A stretch of 42,094 nucleotides of DNA from Promethearchaeota archaeon (lineage in GTDB: Archaea; Asgardarchaeota; Lokiarchaeia; Sigyniarchaeales; SOKP01), in assembly GCA_048938895.1 (NCBI GenBank), contig JBHLLU010000034.1, positions 1 to 42,094 of the forward strand, in the 5' to 3' direction. Below the pieces are notes generated by a model that saw only the letters and a list, made by a program, of their open reading frames with translations, did not search any database and was not told the DNA's origin. Position 1 is the first letter of the stretch. Every line of letters begins with the position of its first letter. The position numbers and the translations under genes were made by a program. Positions 9,708 through 19,172 of the stretch are shown one piece after another.

Positions 9708-10415
9708 ATGAGTGAAAGACCAAGTTTTAAAAGACATCCCGCGATACATTGCTGGATAAAACATATAGAAGAGGGTAATTATGACGAAACTGAGAATAAC
9801 ATTCATACTATCTTTGGAAAAGTCAAAAGAATTCGACTAATTGCAACAATTATAGAAAAGAATGAAAAATTGATAGAGACTGACGAATTTGAAATGGGTT
9901 TGGAGGATGTTTCAGATGCAAATGTGAGATTAATTTTACATCTAGATGATTCTACAGGTTTGATAAGAGCATATAAAGATAAAGTTAATCCCGAAGATTA
10001 TATTGATTATAAGGTTGGTGACATTATTGATGTCATAGGCCGTGTAAGTAAAAAGGGAGGATATATGTCGCTTTGGATAGAAATTATTAATAAAGTAAAA
10101 GAACCTAATCTAATTCTTTTGAGAAATGCAGAAATTATAAAAAGGATCAGCATAGGAGATATTGAGGATGTTCCCTCGGTTAGTGATGTGAATAATTTAT
10201 TTGAAGAGGAATTTATTTTTAGTGAAGAGGATGATTTGAAAGAAAAAATCTTTTCAATAATCAATTCACATTCAACCAATGGGAGGGGAATAAATTTTGA
10301 TAAGTTGAGAAAAGAGATAAAAATCCCTGATATCGAACTTAGGTCTTATCTAAATGATTTAATTTTAGAATCTCGTATTTATGAGTCAGATAAGGATATT
10401 TTTGAGGCATACTAG
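9708..10415 (+). CDS. RPA2 (RPA32)-like OB-fold plus C-terminal winged helix protein
   Basis: RIRLIATII, LDDSTGLIRA, GDIIDVIGRV OB strands; acidic linker; wH-like C-terminus (GINFDKL...LNDLILESRIYE). Confidence 0.75.
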   Translation: MSERPSFKRHPAIHCWIKHIEEGNYDETENNIHTIFGKVKRIRLIATIIEKNEKLIETDEFEMGLEDVSDANVRLILHLDDSTGLIRAYKDKVNPEDYIDYKVGDIIDVIGRVSKKGGYMSLWIEIINKVKEPNLILLRNAEIIKRISIGDIEDVPSVSDVNNLFEEEFIFSEEDDLKEKIFSIINSHSTNGRGINFDKLRKEIKIPDIELRSYLNDLILESRIYESDKDIFEAY

Positions 10416-10513
10416 TTTTTGTTAAAATTATAACCTTTATTTTAAATAAGGGAAAAATATTTTTCTGAGGGATTATATAATTATTATAAAAGAGATAAAT
10501 AGATGATTAAATC

Positions 10514-10927
10514 ATGGATTTGAATAATTATGAGGATTTGTTAGAAAATGCGTATGAAAAAATACCAGAAAATGTAAAAAAATCGTCTAGATTCGAGACA
10601 CCCAGAGTAGAAATTAGAATAGAGAGTAGAAATACATTTATTACAAATTTTAATAAGATAATCAGTACCCTTAATAGGGATAGAAAGCATTTTCTTGGGA
10701 TTTTCTTAAAGAGTGCAGGAACTATGGGTGAAGTCAGAGGACAGCAATTATTTTTAAAAGGTCAATATAAAGAACAAGTTCTAAATAAATTAATTGAAAA
10801 CTACACGAAAACATACGTATTATGTAATATTTGTAATAAACCCGATACTCAAATTCAAAGGGAAGGTAAAAAGTATTATTTAAAATGCACTGCCTGCGGA
10901 GCTAGAGAAGAAATAAAAGAAAAATAA
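10514..10927 (+). CDS. eif2b: Translation initiation factor aIF2 beta subunit
   Basis: YEDLLE.AY..IP, RFE.P, T.I.NF..I...LNRD, YVLC..C.KPDT, LKC.ACGA. Confidence 0.95.
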   Translation: MDLNNYEDLLENAYEKIPENVKKSSRFETPRVEIRIESRNTFITNFNKIISTLNRDRKHFLGIFLKSAGTMGEVRGQQLFLKGQYKEQVLNKLIENYTKTYVLCNICNKPDTQIQREGKKYYLKCTACGAREEIKEK

Positions 10928-10948
10928 GAAAATATAAACTGAATTCCT

Positions 10949-11245
10949 ATGAAAGTATATCTTAAAATTCACGATAGAGATGATTGTGAGACTATTGCAT
11001 GTTGTGATGAAGAACTTCTTAATCAGGTTTTTAAAGAAGGAAATTTAAGAATTGAGATTTCAAACCACTTTTATGGGGGAGAATTAATTAATATAGAAAA
11101 TGCAATAGTTATTTTAAAACAAGCTTCTTTTTTTAATATAGTTGGAGAAAAAATAATTCAAAAGGCTATTGATTGCCAATTAGTGCCGAAAGAAGGAGTG
11201 AGATTTATAAACGGAATTCCAATGGCCTTAAAGATGATGTTTTAA
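10949..11245 (+). CDS. DUF424 family protein
   Basis: IACCDEELL...F.EG.L.I.IS..FYGG, NIVGE..I..A, INGIP. Usual neighbour of aIF2-beta and NMD3. Confidence 0.88.
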   Translation: MKVYLKIHDRDDCETIACCDEELLNQVFKEGNLRIEISNHFYGGELINIENAIVILKQASFFNIVGEKIIQKAIDCQLVPKEGVRFINGIPMALKMMF

Positions 11246-12168
11246 TGCCAAACCGATTTTGTGCAATTTGTGGAAAAAGTATAAATGAAGAATCTCCGCA
11301 TTTTGGGATGTGTCTTAAGTGCTATTTAGAAGAAAATCCCTTATTTGAATTACCAGAGTCCTTTTTAGTAAATATTTGTATTGATTGTGGAAGCTATTCG
11401 AAAAAAGATGCTTGGTATGAACCTAATTATGATGATTTAGAATCTATCATACAGGAGATAATTCAGAAATTTATTTTAAAAACTCAAATTAAAAACGAAC
11501 AAATTGAATTTTCAATTGAAATTAATAATGAAAGTATCGTGTATTCATCCAAAGATTTAATAAAATCGATTGAAGTATTAGTTAAGGGGAGATTAAAGGA
11601 TTCTAAGGAAATTTGTCATCAACAAACAATAAAATTAAATTTTAATCATATATTGTGTAGGAATTGTTCTAACCTACGAGGTGGTACGTATTTTGTATCA
11701 ATTCTTCAATTACGAGTTAAAGATGAGACTCAATTTGAGTTGATAGAACAAATTCTAAATGAAATAGAGAAATATATTAAGACCTTATATGATAAGGATC
11801 ATCGACATTTTATTTCCAAAATTGAAGATCAACGATATGGAGTAGATTTATACCTGAGTACAAACGAGGTAATGAACCATATCATAAAATTTCTAAAAAC
11901 AAATCATCATTTTCTATTAAAAAGATCAAAAAAGCTTGTAGGAAGGGATAATCAGAGAGGTAAAAATCTTTACAGATTAAAGGCTTCAATAAAATTTTTA
12001 CCTATAACTTATAATGATAAAATTGTCATAGAGAGTGAAGAATATACTATAGAAAATATTACTGGAAACAAAATTATTCTTAAGGGAGAGAATAATAAAA
12101 AGTTGATTAAGGATTATTCTTACTTTTTTAATGAGAATATTATTATGAAAAATAAAGAGGAAAATTAA
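11245..12168 (+). CDS. nmd3: NMD3-family large-subunit maturation protein (start revised to ATG 11245, overlapping the upstream stop as TAATG)
   Basis: FCAICG, MCLKC, CIDCG, LCRNC..LRGG.YF..ILQLR, GVDLYL, KLVGRD..RG. Confidence 0.88.
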   Translation: MPNRFCAICGKSINEESPHFGMCLKCYLEENPLFELPESFLVNICIDCGSYSKKDAWYEPNYDDLESIIQEIIQKFILKTQIKNEQIEFSIEINNESIVYSSKDLIKSIEVLVKGRLKDSKEICHQQTIKLNFNHILCRNCSNLRGGTYFVSILQLRVKDETQFELIEQILNEIEKYIKTLYDKDHRHFISKIEDQRYGVDLYLSTNEVMNHIIKFLKTNHHFLLKRSKKLVGRDNQRGKNLYRLKASIKFLPITYNDKIVIESEEYTIENITGNKIILKGENNKKLIKDYSYFFNENIIMKNKEEN

Positions 12169-13011
12169 TTGAACGAACGCGAAGAAGAATTATATGAGGA
12201 TGAACTCTTAGATAACGCCTCCGAAAAAAAGTTCAATAACGATATTGACGAACTTGAGAAAAAAAAGATTGATTATAGACGAATAAAAGACATAGATCAG
12301 TCGAAAAAAAGAGCGGCTATTGAGTCTGTATTTGATGAGCGTACGATTTTTCAACTGAATAAAATATTGGTAAATGGTCCATTGAAAAGGGTTGAAGGTG
12401 TAATTTCTGCTGGTAAAGAAGCAAATGTTTATTTAGCGTATAATACTGAAGAAAAGGAGGTGGCTATTAAAATTTACAAAATTGATAGTAACACTTCAAG
12501 ATGGATGAGAAAATATATCATTGGAGATCCAAGATTTAAGAAGATTCCTAATAATATCTCAAAAATTATTTTTCTTTGGGCAAGTAAAGAATTCAAAAAC
12601 CTGAAGAGAGCATACAAAGTAGGTTTGAGAGTACCTGAACCTTTATTCATAAAGAATAATATTCTAATTATGGAATATATAGGATTTGAATCAATTCCAG
12701 CACCAGTATTAAAAGATATCAAAAAACCAAAAGACCCCATAAGTTTATTTAATGAAATCTTAGATTTTATTAAGCTATTATATCAAAAAGCTAAATTAGT
12801 CCATGGAGATTTAAGTGAGTTTAATATTTTATATCATAACCAAAGCCCTGTGGTTATAGATATCTCTCAGGCAGTATCTATTCAACATCCTAAAGCAGAA
12901 GAATATTTAGTAAGAGATATTAAAAACATTTTCCAGTTTTTTGAGAAATTAGGAGTAGAAACCCCAGATCCAACAGATTTTTATTATGATGTTATCAATA
13001 AAAATCATTAA
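12169..13011 (+). CDS. rio1: RIO1 family serine protein kinase
   Basis: ISAGKEANVY, AIKIY, YI.GDPRF, W..KEF.NL, LVHGDLSEFNIL, IDISQAV...HP. TTG start. Confidence 0.95.
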   Translation: MNEREEELYEDELLDNASEKKFNNDIDELEKKKIDYRRIKDIDQSKKRAAIESVFDERTIFQLNKILVNGPLKRVEGVISAGKEANVYLAYNTEEKEVAIKIYKIDSNTSRWMRKYIIGDPRFKKIPNNISKIIFLWASKEFKNLKRAYKVGLRVPEPLFIKNNILIMEYIGFESIPAPVLKDIKKPKDPISLFNEILDFIKLLYQKAKLVHGDLSEFNILYHNQSPVVIDISQAVSIQHPKAEEYLVRDIKNIFQFFEKLGVETPDPTDFYYDVINKNH

Positions 13012-13057
13012 AAATATAGAACCCGCATTAAAACTAATATGAAATAGTGACGATACC

Positions 13058-13615
13058 ATGAAAATAGGAAAAAATCGAATCGCAGTTCTTATAGGAACTG
13101 AAGGTAGAATTAAGAAAGATATTGAACACGAGTTGGGAGTAACAATAAATTTAGATAGTAAAACAGGAGATTGTGAAGTATTACCAAATTTAGATCACCC
13201 AAATTATAAACCTCTTAATGTTTATACTGCTCAAAAAGTAGTAATTGCAATTAATAGAGGATTTAATCCTGTTAAAGCCATGAAAGTAATTGAGGATGAT
13301 TATGACCTGGAGGTTTTTAATCTTATATCTCTTTTAGGGAAATCAGAAAAACGAATAAAGAGGATAAAAGGTCGATTAATCGGTAGAAATGGAGAGATGA
13401 GAAAATCTCTTGAGAGGTATGCAGAATGCTATCTCTCAGTTTATGGAAAAACTGTTTCTGTAATAGCTGTATATGAGAACCTGCAAATTGCCAGAAAAGC
13501 AATAAATATGCTAATAAAAGGGTTGCCCCATCATATGGTTTTAAAATTTTTAGAGAATAAATATAATGAGAAAAAGAAAGAAGAATTTAGACAATTTTAT
13601 AAACCAGAATTCTAA
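13058..13615 (+). CDS. KH-domain rRNA-processing protein (Dim2/PNO1)
   Basis: Two KH motifs (LIGTEG, RLIGRNG), AINRGF.P..A, VYGKTVS.I. Follows RIO1. Confidence 0.92.
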   Translation: MKIGKNRIAVLIGTEGRIKKDIEHELGVTINLDSKTGDCEVLPNLDHPNYKPLNVYTAQKVVIAINRGFNPVKAMKVIEDDYDLEVFNLISLLGKSEKRIKRIKGRLIGRNGEMRKSLERYAECYLSVYGKTVSVIAVYENLQIARKAINMLIKGLPHHMVLKFLENKYNEKKKEEFRQFYKPEF

Positions 13616-13618
13616 AAT

Positions 13619-13987
13619 CTATTTTGAAAAGGTTTCATTATAAGCATGTAGTGCCTGATTTCCTAAATCTTTTCCGTAAATGATATCTTTTAGTTGCTTT
13701 ATCGCATCATTATGGTTTTTAATATTCTCGATTGAATAGATCTCTTGGTATTTTTCTTTCTTATAGTTTTGAAGATATATAGCATAACTTTTAATAGAGT
13801 AGTGGTTTTTCTTATAAGATTTGAAAATAACAATACAACGAGGATATAGATTTTTTTCTTTTAAAAAGATTGCCCATCCATCATAATAATATTCAAGTGT
13901 GATAGTAAATAGATTCTTCCAAAATTGAGCATTTTCAAGAATTATATCAATTTCTTTCTGAATATCTAGAGAAAACTTTTTACTCAT
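13619..13987 (-). CDS. Hypothetical protein
   Basis: 122-aa ATG ORF filling the gap, co-oriented just downstream of ftsZ. No family recognised. Confidence 0.65.
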   Translation of the reverse strand: MSKKFSLDIQKEIDIILENAQFWKNLFTITLEYYYDGWAIFLKEKNLYPRCIVIFKSYKKNHYSIKSYAIYLQNYKKEKYQEIYSIENIKNHNDAIKQLKDIIYGKDLGNQALHAYNETFSK

Positions 13988-14019
13988 ACATTTAATTTTA
14001 AAAATAAATATAAAAAGAA

Positions 14020-15126
14020 CTAGTCAAATGTAACTTCACTAATGTTGAAAATATCATCTGAGAGTCTTAATTTTGAAGATTTTGGCTTAGCTTGGTAGAT
14101 CGACCTATTCAATGAATACCCACTACCAAAGATTTGTGGAGATTTAATTCCTGTTATCAATAACATAACTCTTATAAAACCATCATACTCATCTGAAACT
14201 CTAGCACCCCAAATCACCATCGAATCATTCACATCCATTTTCTCAGAAATCTTTTTCGCTACTGAATTTGCTTCTGAAAGAGTCATATCATTTCCACCAC
14301 AAATATGAATAAGAGCTCCTTTTGCACCTTCAATACTCACGTCTAATAAAGGTGTGTTTAAAGCATCATTAATAGCATCGTCTACTCTACCATCTTTCTT
14401 GTTCGATTCTCCAACACCCACAATCGCTACTCCACCAGTACTTAAAATAGTTCTTACATCTGCAAAATCTAAATTAATTAATGAGGGTAATGAGATTGTT
14501 TCAGTAATACCTTTAACCATGGTTGCTAACACCTCATCTGCAACACTAAATGCTTCAATTATGGGTAGATTTGGAGCAATTTCTAATAATCGGTTGTTAT
14601 CAATTACAACCAGGGTATCAACATAGCGTTTCAATTGATTTAAACCCATTTTCGCTTTATCAATGCGACCAATTTCAGTATCGAATGGGAGAGTTACCAC
14701 TCCTACTACTATAGCACCTTCAAGTTTTGCGATTTCAGCCACTATAGGAGCACTACCTGTTCCTGTTCCGCCTCCTTCACCACAGGTAATAAACACTAAA
14801 TTAGACTCTCTTAATACTCGTGTTAGGTCCTCTCTTGATTCTTCAGCAGCAGCCCGTCCAATCTCAGGATTTCCTCCTGCACCTAAACCCTTTGTTAAGT
14901 TTTTCCCAATCAGGATCTTAACATGTGATTCGACACTATCTAGATGCTGACAATCTGTGTTGACAGCTACACAAGTAGCACCCCTTATTCCAATTTTCAT
15001 TAATCTATCGACAGTATTATTTCCCGCACCACCACATCCGATAATTTTTATGTTAGCATAACCAAAACTTTCTACTTTAGGTCTAATTATTTCTCTTTTG
15101 CGTGCCTTTTCGATAAATGATTCCAT
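14020..15126 (-). CDS. ftsZ: Cell division protein FtsZ
   Basis: GCGGAGNN, NTD, GLGAGG.PE.G, tubulin signature GGGTGTG, LINLDFADV. Confidence 0.97.
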   Translation of the reverse strand: MESFIEKARKREIIRPKVESFGYANIKIIGCGGAGNNTVDRLMKIGIRGATCVAVNTDCQHLDSVESHVKILIGKNLTKGLGAGGNPEIGRAAAEESREDLTRVLRESNLVFITCGEGGGTGTGSAPIVAEIAKLEGAIVVGVVTLPFDTEIGRIDKAKMGLNQLKRYVDTLVVIDNNRLLEIAPNLPIIEAFSVADEVLATMVKGITETISLPSLINLDFADVRTILSTGGVAIVGVGESNKKDGRVDDAINDALNTPLLDVSIEGAKGALIHICGGNDMTLSEANSVAKKISEKMDVNDSMVIWGARVSDEYDGFIRVMLLITGIKSPQIFGSGYSLNRSIYQAKPKSSKLRLSDDIFNISEVTFD

Positions 15127-15226
15127 AATTAATCAAATAACCCATTATTACTACCAAAAAAATATAATAAAAAAATTAGAATTCATGTATTATTAGGGTA
15201 TTACAAATTTTTTATCACTTCTCAGT

Positions 15227-16447
15227 TTAATTCAATGAAAAATCATTGTTCACATTAGGATCAAATATTTTTTTAACCAAATTCCCTTTAACAAGAATTA
15301 TTGAGGGTAAAGTATAAGGAAAACGATTCGAAAATGTTAGACAGTAAGCTCCTACGTTAGTAATTATAATATTATCTTCTTCTCTTAAATTTTCAGTAAA
15401 AAAATAATCCTTTACTAAAACATCTTGATCAGTGGGAACTATTCCTGCAATTGAGGTTTTATATTTATGAGGTTTATCAATCTGACTTGCATTATAGAAT
15501 CTTAAAGAACATCGTGCAAATTTAGGACAGATATGGTTTCCGATATCTAAAAAGATCCATCTATTTTCTCTAACTCTTATTATTCTTGATAAGAATATAC
15601 CAGAATCCCCAACAAAATATCTCCCTGGTTCAAAACTTATTTTTGGAGGTTTTAAACTAAACTTTTTGAAATATTTCATGAGTAATTCTGCTATCTTTAT
15701 CAATTGCTCCTTTTTCATAACAGCAGCCTCAGGAAATCCTCCTCCTAAATTAATACTCTCGATCTTTATATTATTTTCCAATAACATTTTCAATATAAAT
15801 ACCACATTTTTAATGTTTTTTTCAAATTGTTCGATACTATTCATTTGAGATCCAAAATGTGATAGTATAGATGTCAATTTAATGTTTTTATTGAGAATTA
15901 ATGATTCTTTAAGAGATATGATTTTATTTTTATCAAATTCAATCCCTAATTTACTTTGGTACTTCTGAGAATTGGCCCTAATGCAAATATTTTGAATAAT
16001 ATCATATTTCTGGGCTATAGTATTCACTCTTCTTATATCATTTATGTCATAGACAATAATTTCTTTAACTTTGTTCTTGATACTTAATTCAATAAGTTCA
16101 TTAGGTAAATAAGGTCCACCTACAATTATTTTATTGGGGGAGAATCCAATGTTTAATGCTAACTTAAGTTCTGGTAAACTTACAGCGGCTACTCCAATTC
16201 CTTCCGAATAAATGATTTTGCAAATATCAAATAAGTAATTTGCTTTTAGTGAATAATAACAGTAAAACTCCTCAAATTCGTCATTGAGAAATTTAAGGAA
16301 GGATCTAATATTCTCTCGAATTCTTTCTTCAATAAATATGAGTAAAGGTGTCTCATATTCCTTGATAATATCGTCTAAGGGAACCGAATCAATCAAAATT
16401 TTGTCATTCTTTTTTATTATGTATGGATTTCCTGAAATCTTTTTCAT
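15227..16447 (-). CDS. Fold-type III PLP enzyme, diaminopimelate/ornithine decarboxylase-like (atypical)
   Basis: YETPL, YSLKAN (PLP lysine), HFGSQ, NLGGGF, FEPGRYFV, NVGAY. Confidence 0.8.
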   Translation of the reverse strand: MKKISGNPYIIKKNDKILIDSVPLDDIIKEYETPLLIFIEERIRENIRSFLKFLNDEFEEFYCYYSLKANYLFDICKIIYSEGIGVAAVSLPELKLALNIGFSPNKIIVGGPYLPNELIELSIKNKVKEIIVYDINDIRRVNTIAQKYDIIQNICIRANSQKYQSKLGIEFDKNKIISLKESLILNKNIKLTSILSHFGSQMNSIEQFEKNIKNVVFILKMLLENNIKIESINLGGGFPEAAVMKKEQLIKIAELLMKYFKKFSLKPPKISFEPGRYFVGDSGIFLSRIIRVRENRWIFLDIGNHICPKFARCSLRFYNASQIDKPHKYKTSIAGIVPTDQDVLVKDYFFTENLREEDNIIITNVGAYCLTFSNRFPYTLPSIILVKGNLVKKIFDPNVNNDFSLN

Positions 16448-16454
16448 AATTTAC

Positions 16455-17732
16455 TCAACTATTCTTATTTAATAATTTTTGATAAGCAATATGTGTTTTT
16501 TCAGTCACAATGTCCCATGTATAATCTTGGGAAACTCTTAATTGTCCTGCTAAACCAAGTTTCTTTCTTAATTTGTTATTTTTAAGCAGTTTTATAACCT
16601 TTTGGGCAATATCAAAAGGGTTATCAAATTCAACTAAAAGTCCATCAACTTTTTCTCGGATGACTTCAGGTGTTGCTCCTATTTTTGCTCCTATAACGGG
16701 AATTCCTGCAGCCCATGCTTCTAAAAAGGCTATACCAAAAGCATCACTTCTACTCGGCATTAAATAAATATCAGCTTCTTTGAAAGCTGCTAATTTTTTA
16801 TTATCTAAATAACCAGTTAAATTATCTGGAGTTAAATTGATAATCCTTGCGTTTTTAAGTTTAGATAATTCACGATTAAAAGCGATAGTTGATGGACCTA
16901 TAAACACAAAATAAACTTTTTTAACTTTTCTTAAAATAAATGGGATTGACTTCAAAATACTTAATGAACCTTTTTCATGATTTTTATACCCACAGAATAA
17001 AATTAGGTGGTACTTTTTTTCTCTTTTATTGAAAAACTTCTCTTTGAAGTTATAAGAACTCGATTTACTGAATCTTTCATAATCAACACCCATAGGGATT
17101 ACTATGACCTTTTCAGGATTTACATTGCAATTTAAGGATAGGAATTTCTTTTCGAGATTAGTGCATGCGATAAGTAAATCAAATTTTTCTAACACAGCTG
17201 TAAGATCCGGATCTAGATATCGTGGATTTGAAAAATGGAAAAAAGGAGTGCAAATAACTGGCTTATTCAATATTTTACCTATAATTAGACTTATAATACA
17301 ATTGAAATAAGGAAAAAACGTAGTATGAATTAAATCAAAATTTAAATCTGGTTTGTTCAATAAGAAATCTAACAAATCTCCAAGATAAGGACCATTTTTA
17401 ACAAATTTTTCTAACTGGTTTTTGCTTAGATTTAATTCCTTTAAAGCGTGAATAGTGCTTAGTTTTTTAAGAATCTCTGTTAGAGTGATATCATAATTGA
17501 CTGGATATCTATTTATATTAAGATTATTTACATTATAAAAGTGCTTATCCTCTGAGGATATTATTCTACCTTTAGAATTTCTTAAGGCTTTAAAGTCAAT
17601 TGCGTTTGAAGTATAAATATCGACTCTATAGTCATATTTTGAGTTCAAATTCTCTGCAAGACGTTGAAAATAAAATTCAGCCCCAGAAATCGAAGGAAAA
17701 TATCTAGTTGGGAGGAATAAAATCTTTTTCAA
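16455..17732 (-). CDS. Glycosyltransferase family 4
   Basis: YFPSISGAE, VIPMGVD, MPSRSDAFGIAFLEAWAAG.PVIG, GLLV. TTG start. Confidence 0.92.
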   Translation of the reverse strand: MKKILFLPTRYFPSISGAEFYFQRLAENLNSKYDYRVDIYTSNAIDFKALRNSKGRIISSEDKHFYNVNNLNINRYPVNYDITLTEILKKLSTIHALKELNLSKNQLEKFVKNGPYLGDLLDFLLNKPDLNFDLIHTTFFPYFNCIISLIIGKILNKPVICTPFFHFSNPRYLDPDLTAVLEKFDLLIACTNLEKKFLSLNCNVNPEKVIVIPMGVDYERFSKSSSYNFKEKFFNKREKKYHLILFCGYKNHEKGSLSILKSIPFILRKVKKVYFVFIGPSTIAFNRELSKLKNARIINLTPDNLTGYLDNKKLAAFKEADIYLMPSRSDAFGIAFLEAWAAGIPVIGAKIGATPEVIREKVDGLLVEFDNPFDIAQKVIKLLKNNKLRKKLGLAGQLRVSQDYTWDIVTEKTHIAYQKLLNKNS

Positions 17733-17936
17733 TGACTTATTGACCCTATTTTATTATAATATATTCTATTTTATATTAAAGAAAAAATTTTTTAATCCCT
17801 AATTAAGTCGAAAAATCACTAATCGTATTTTTAAGGAATTTCAACCATGGAATTGGATGATTTTGGGAAATTTTAATTTGAATAGCATTTTTAATTTAAA
17901 AAGAAAGAATTTAAGCTTCGAAATTTTAATATTAAA

Positions 17937-18332
17937 TTGATGTCAAAAGAAATCTTATTGAGACTTTTTGAAATTTCCAAACAAAAAAAAATTATTGATG
18001 AAGACCTTATAACATTCATAGAAAAGATATTCCCCGATAAATCTATTGATGTACTAGAATCTTTGAAAAGAGGAGTCACAAAATATACCTATGAACCTTC
18101 AAATAGAATCGCATGGACGGTTATGGGTACAAACCAAGAGCATTTAATTTATCCCAAATCGTATTGTTCTTGCCAAGATTTCTATAAAAGTGTTGTAATA
18201 AATAAAAAAAGAAATTACTGTAAGCATATTTTAGCCCAAATCATTAGTGAAGGATTGAATAATTACAAAGAAGTCACTTTAGAAGAAAGTAAATTCAAAG
18301 AACTGGTAAAGGATTTGAAATTGATGATATAA
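17937..18332 (+). CDS. Stand-alone SWIM zinc-finger protein
   Basis: YCSCQDF...YCKHILA fits the CxC-xn-CxH SWIM motif. ATG at 17940 is the likelier start. Confidence 0.8.
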   Translation: MMSKEILLRLFEISKQKKIIDEDLITFIEKIFPDKSIDVLESLKRGVTKYTYEPSNRIAWTVMGTNQEHLIYPKSYCSCQDFYKSVVINKKRNYCKHILAQIISEGLNNYKEVTLEESKFKELVKDLKLMI

Positions 18333-18378
18333 GTTTATGAATTTTAAATGTATTTCTTAGATGGAGTATGAATATAAC

Positions 18379-18978
18379 TTATTTTACAGTTATTTCCTTA
18401 CGTTCCCATTGTTTTAAGTATGTACTAAATTCTTCTATACTTATTTCCTGTGGGATTTTAATTTGATTAGTTACCTCTAATTCTCTTATCTTAAACATGA
18501 GTTTTTTATTTTTTCGATAGAAGGTTTCTGCTTTAGGATATTCTTCCTTGAAAATAGTTTTTAGTCCTTCTAAATCTGCTATCTTTAAAAGATCATAATT
18601 CTTTATAACAAAATTACATAAGGGATCAATTGATATGGCAAAATTAAAAGCATCTTCACGTTTCAGTGCTAAAGGATAAGCTTGGCATGCCATGGGTTTA
18701 ACATCCTGGATTGTACAACCTTTTGACTTATTATAAAAGGGACATCCTTTTGATTCATTATCTAACCTTATTCGATATGTGAGAACTAAAATTTTCTCAT
18801 TAATAATATCTGGAAAAACTAAATCTTCAATTATCTTAAAATCAACATCTCTTTCCTTCGCTATCTCAATTAATCTATCTGCTTCATCTGGATATATAGG
18901 AATCCTTTTCACATAGTCTCCAGGAACTTCGTGGCAACATGTACCGCACAATTGACACTTATATTCTAATTTTATCAT
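18379..18978 (-). CDS. YkgJ-family cysteine-cluster protein
   Basis: YKCQLCGTCC, CPFY....GCTI..VKP.ACQAYP. Confidence 0.88.
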   Translation of the reverse strand: MIKLEYKCQLCGTCCHEVPGDYVKRIPIYPDEADRLIEIAKERDVDFKIIEDLVFPDIINEKILVLTYRIRLDNESKGCPFYNKSKGCTIQDVKPMACQAYPLALKREDAFNFAISIDPLCNFVIKNYDLLKIADLEGLKTIFKEEYPKAETFYRKNKKLMFKIRELEVTNQIKIPQEISIEEFSTYLKQWERKEITVK

Positions 18979-19006
18979 TTAATTTCTTCTTTCTTCAGAT
19001 GATATT

Positions 19007-19067
19007 TATTTTCATATTATTATAATAAGTTACAACCAAAAATTAACTTTCGGATAATATGAAAATA
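19007..19067. repeat. Inverted repeat / long hairpin between divergent genes
   Basis: TATTTTCATATTAT (19007-19020) is the exact reverse complement of ATAATATGAAAATA (19054-19067); inner AAGTTA/TAACTT stem. Confidence 0.55.
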
Positions 19068-19172
19068 TTACTTTTACACTAATTCTTGTGTCTATGAGGA
19101 TAATATATCCATTTTAAACTGATAAAAATACCCTATTATTAGACACATTTTAGTGAAAAGAAGGTTTAATTT

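Noticed and set aside
19094-19122. ATGAGGA...CTGA box C/D-like pair
   Set aside because: Too short for a guide sRNA, no C'/D' boxes or rRNA complement evident, and such motifs are frequent by chance.
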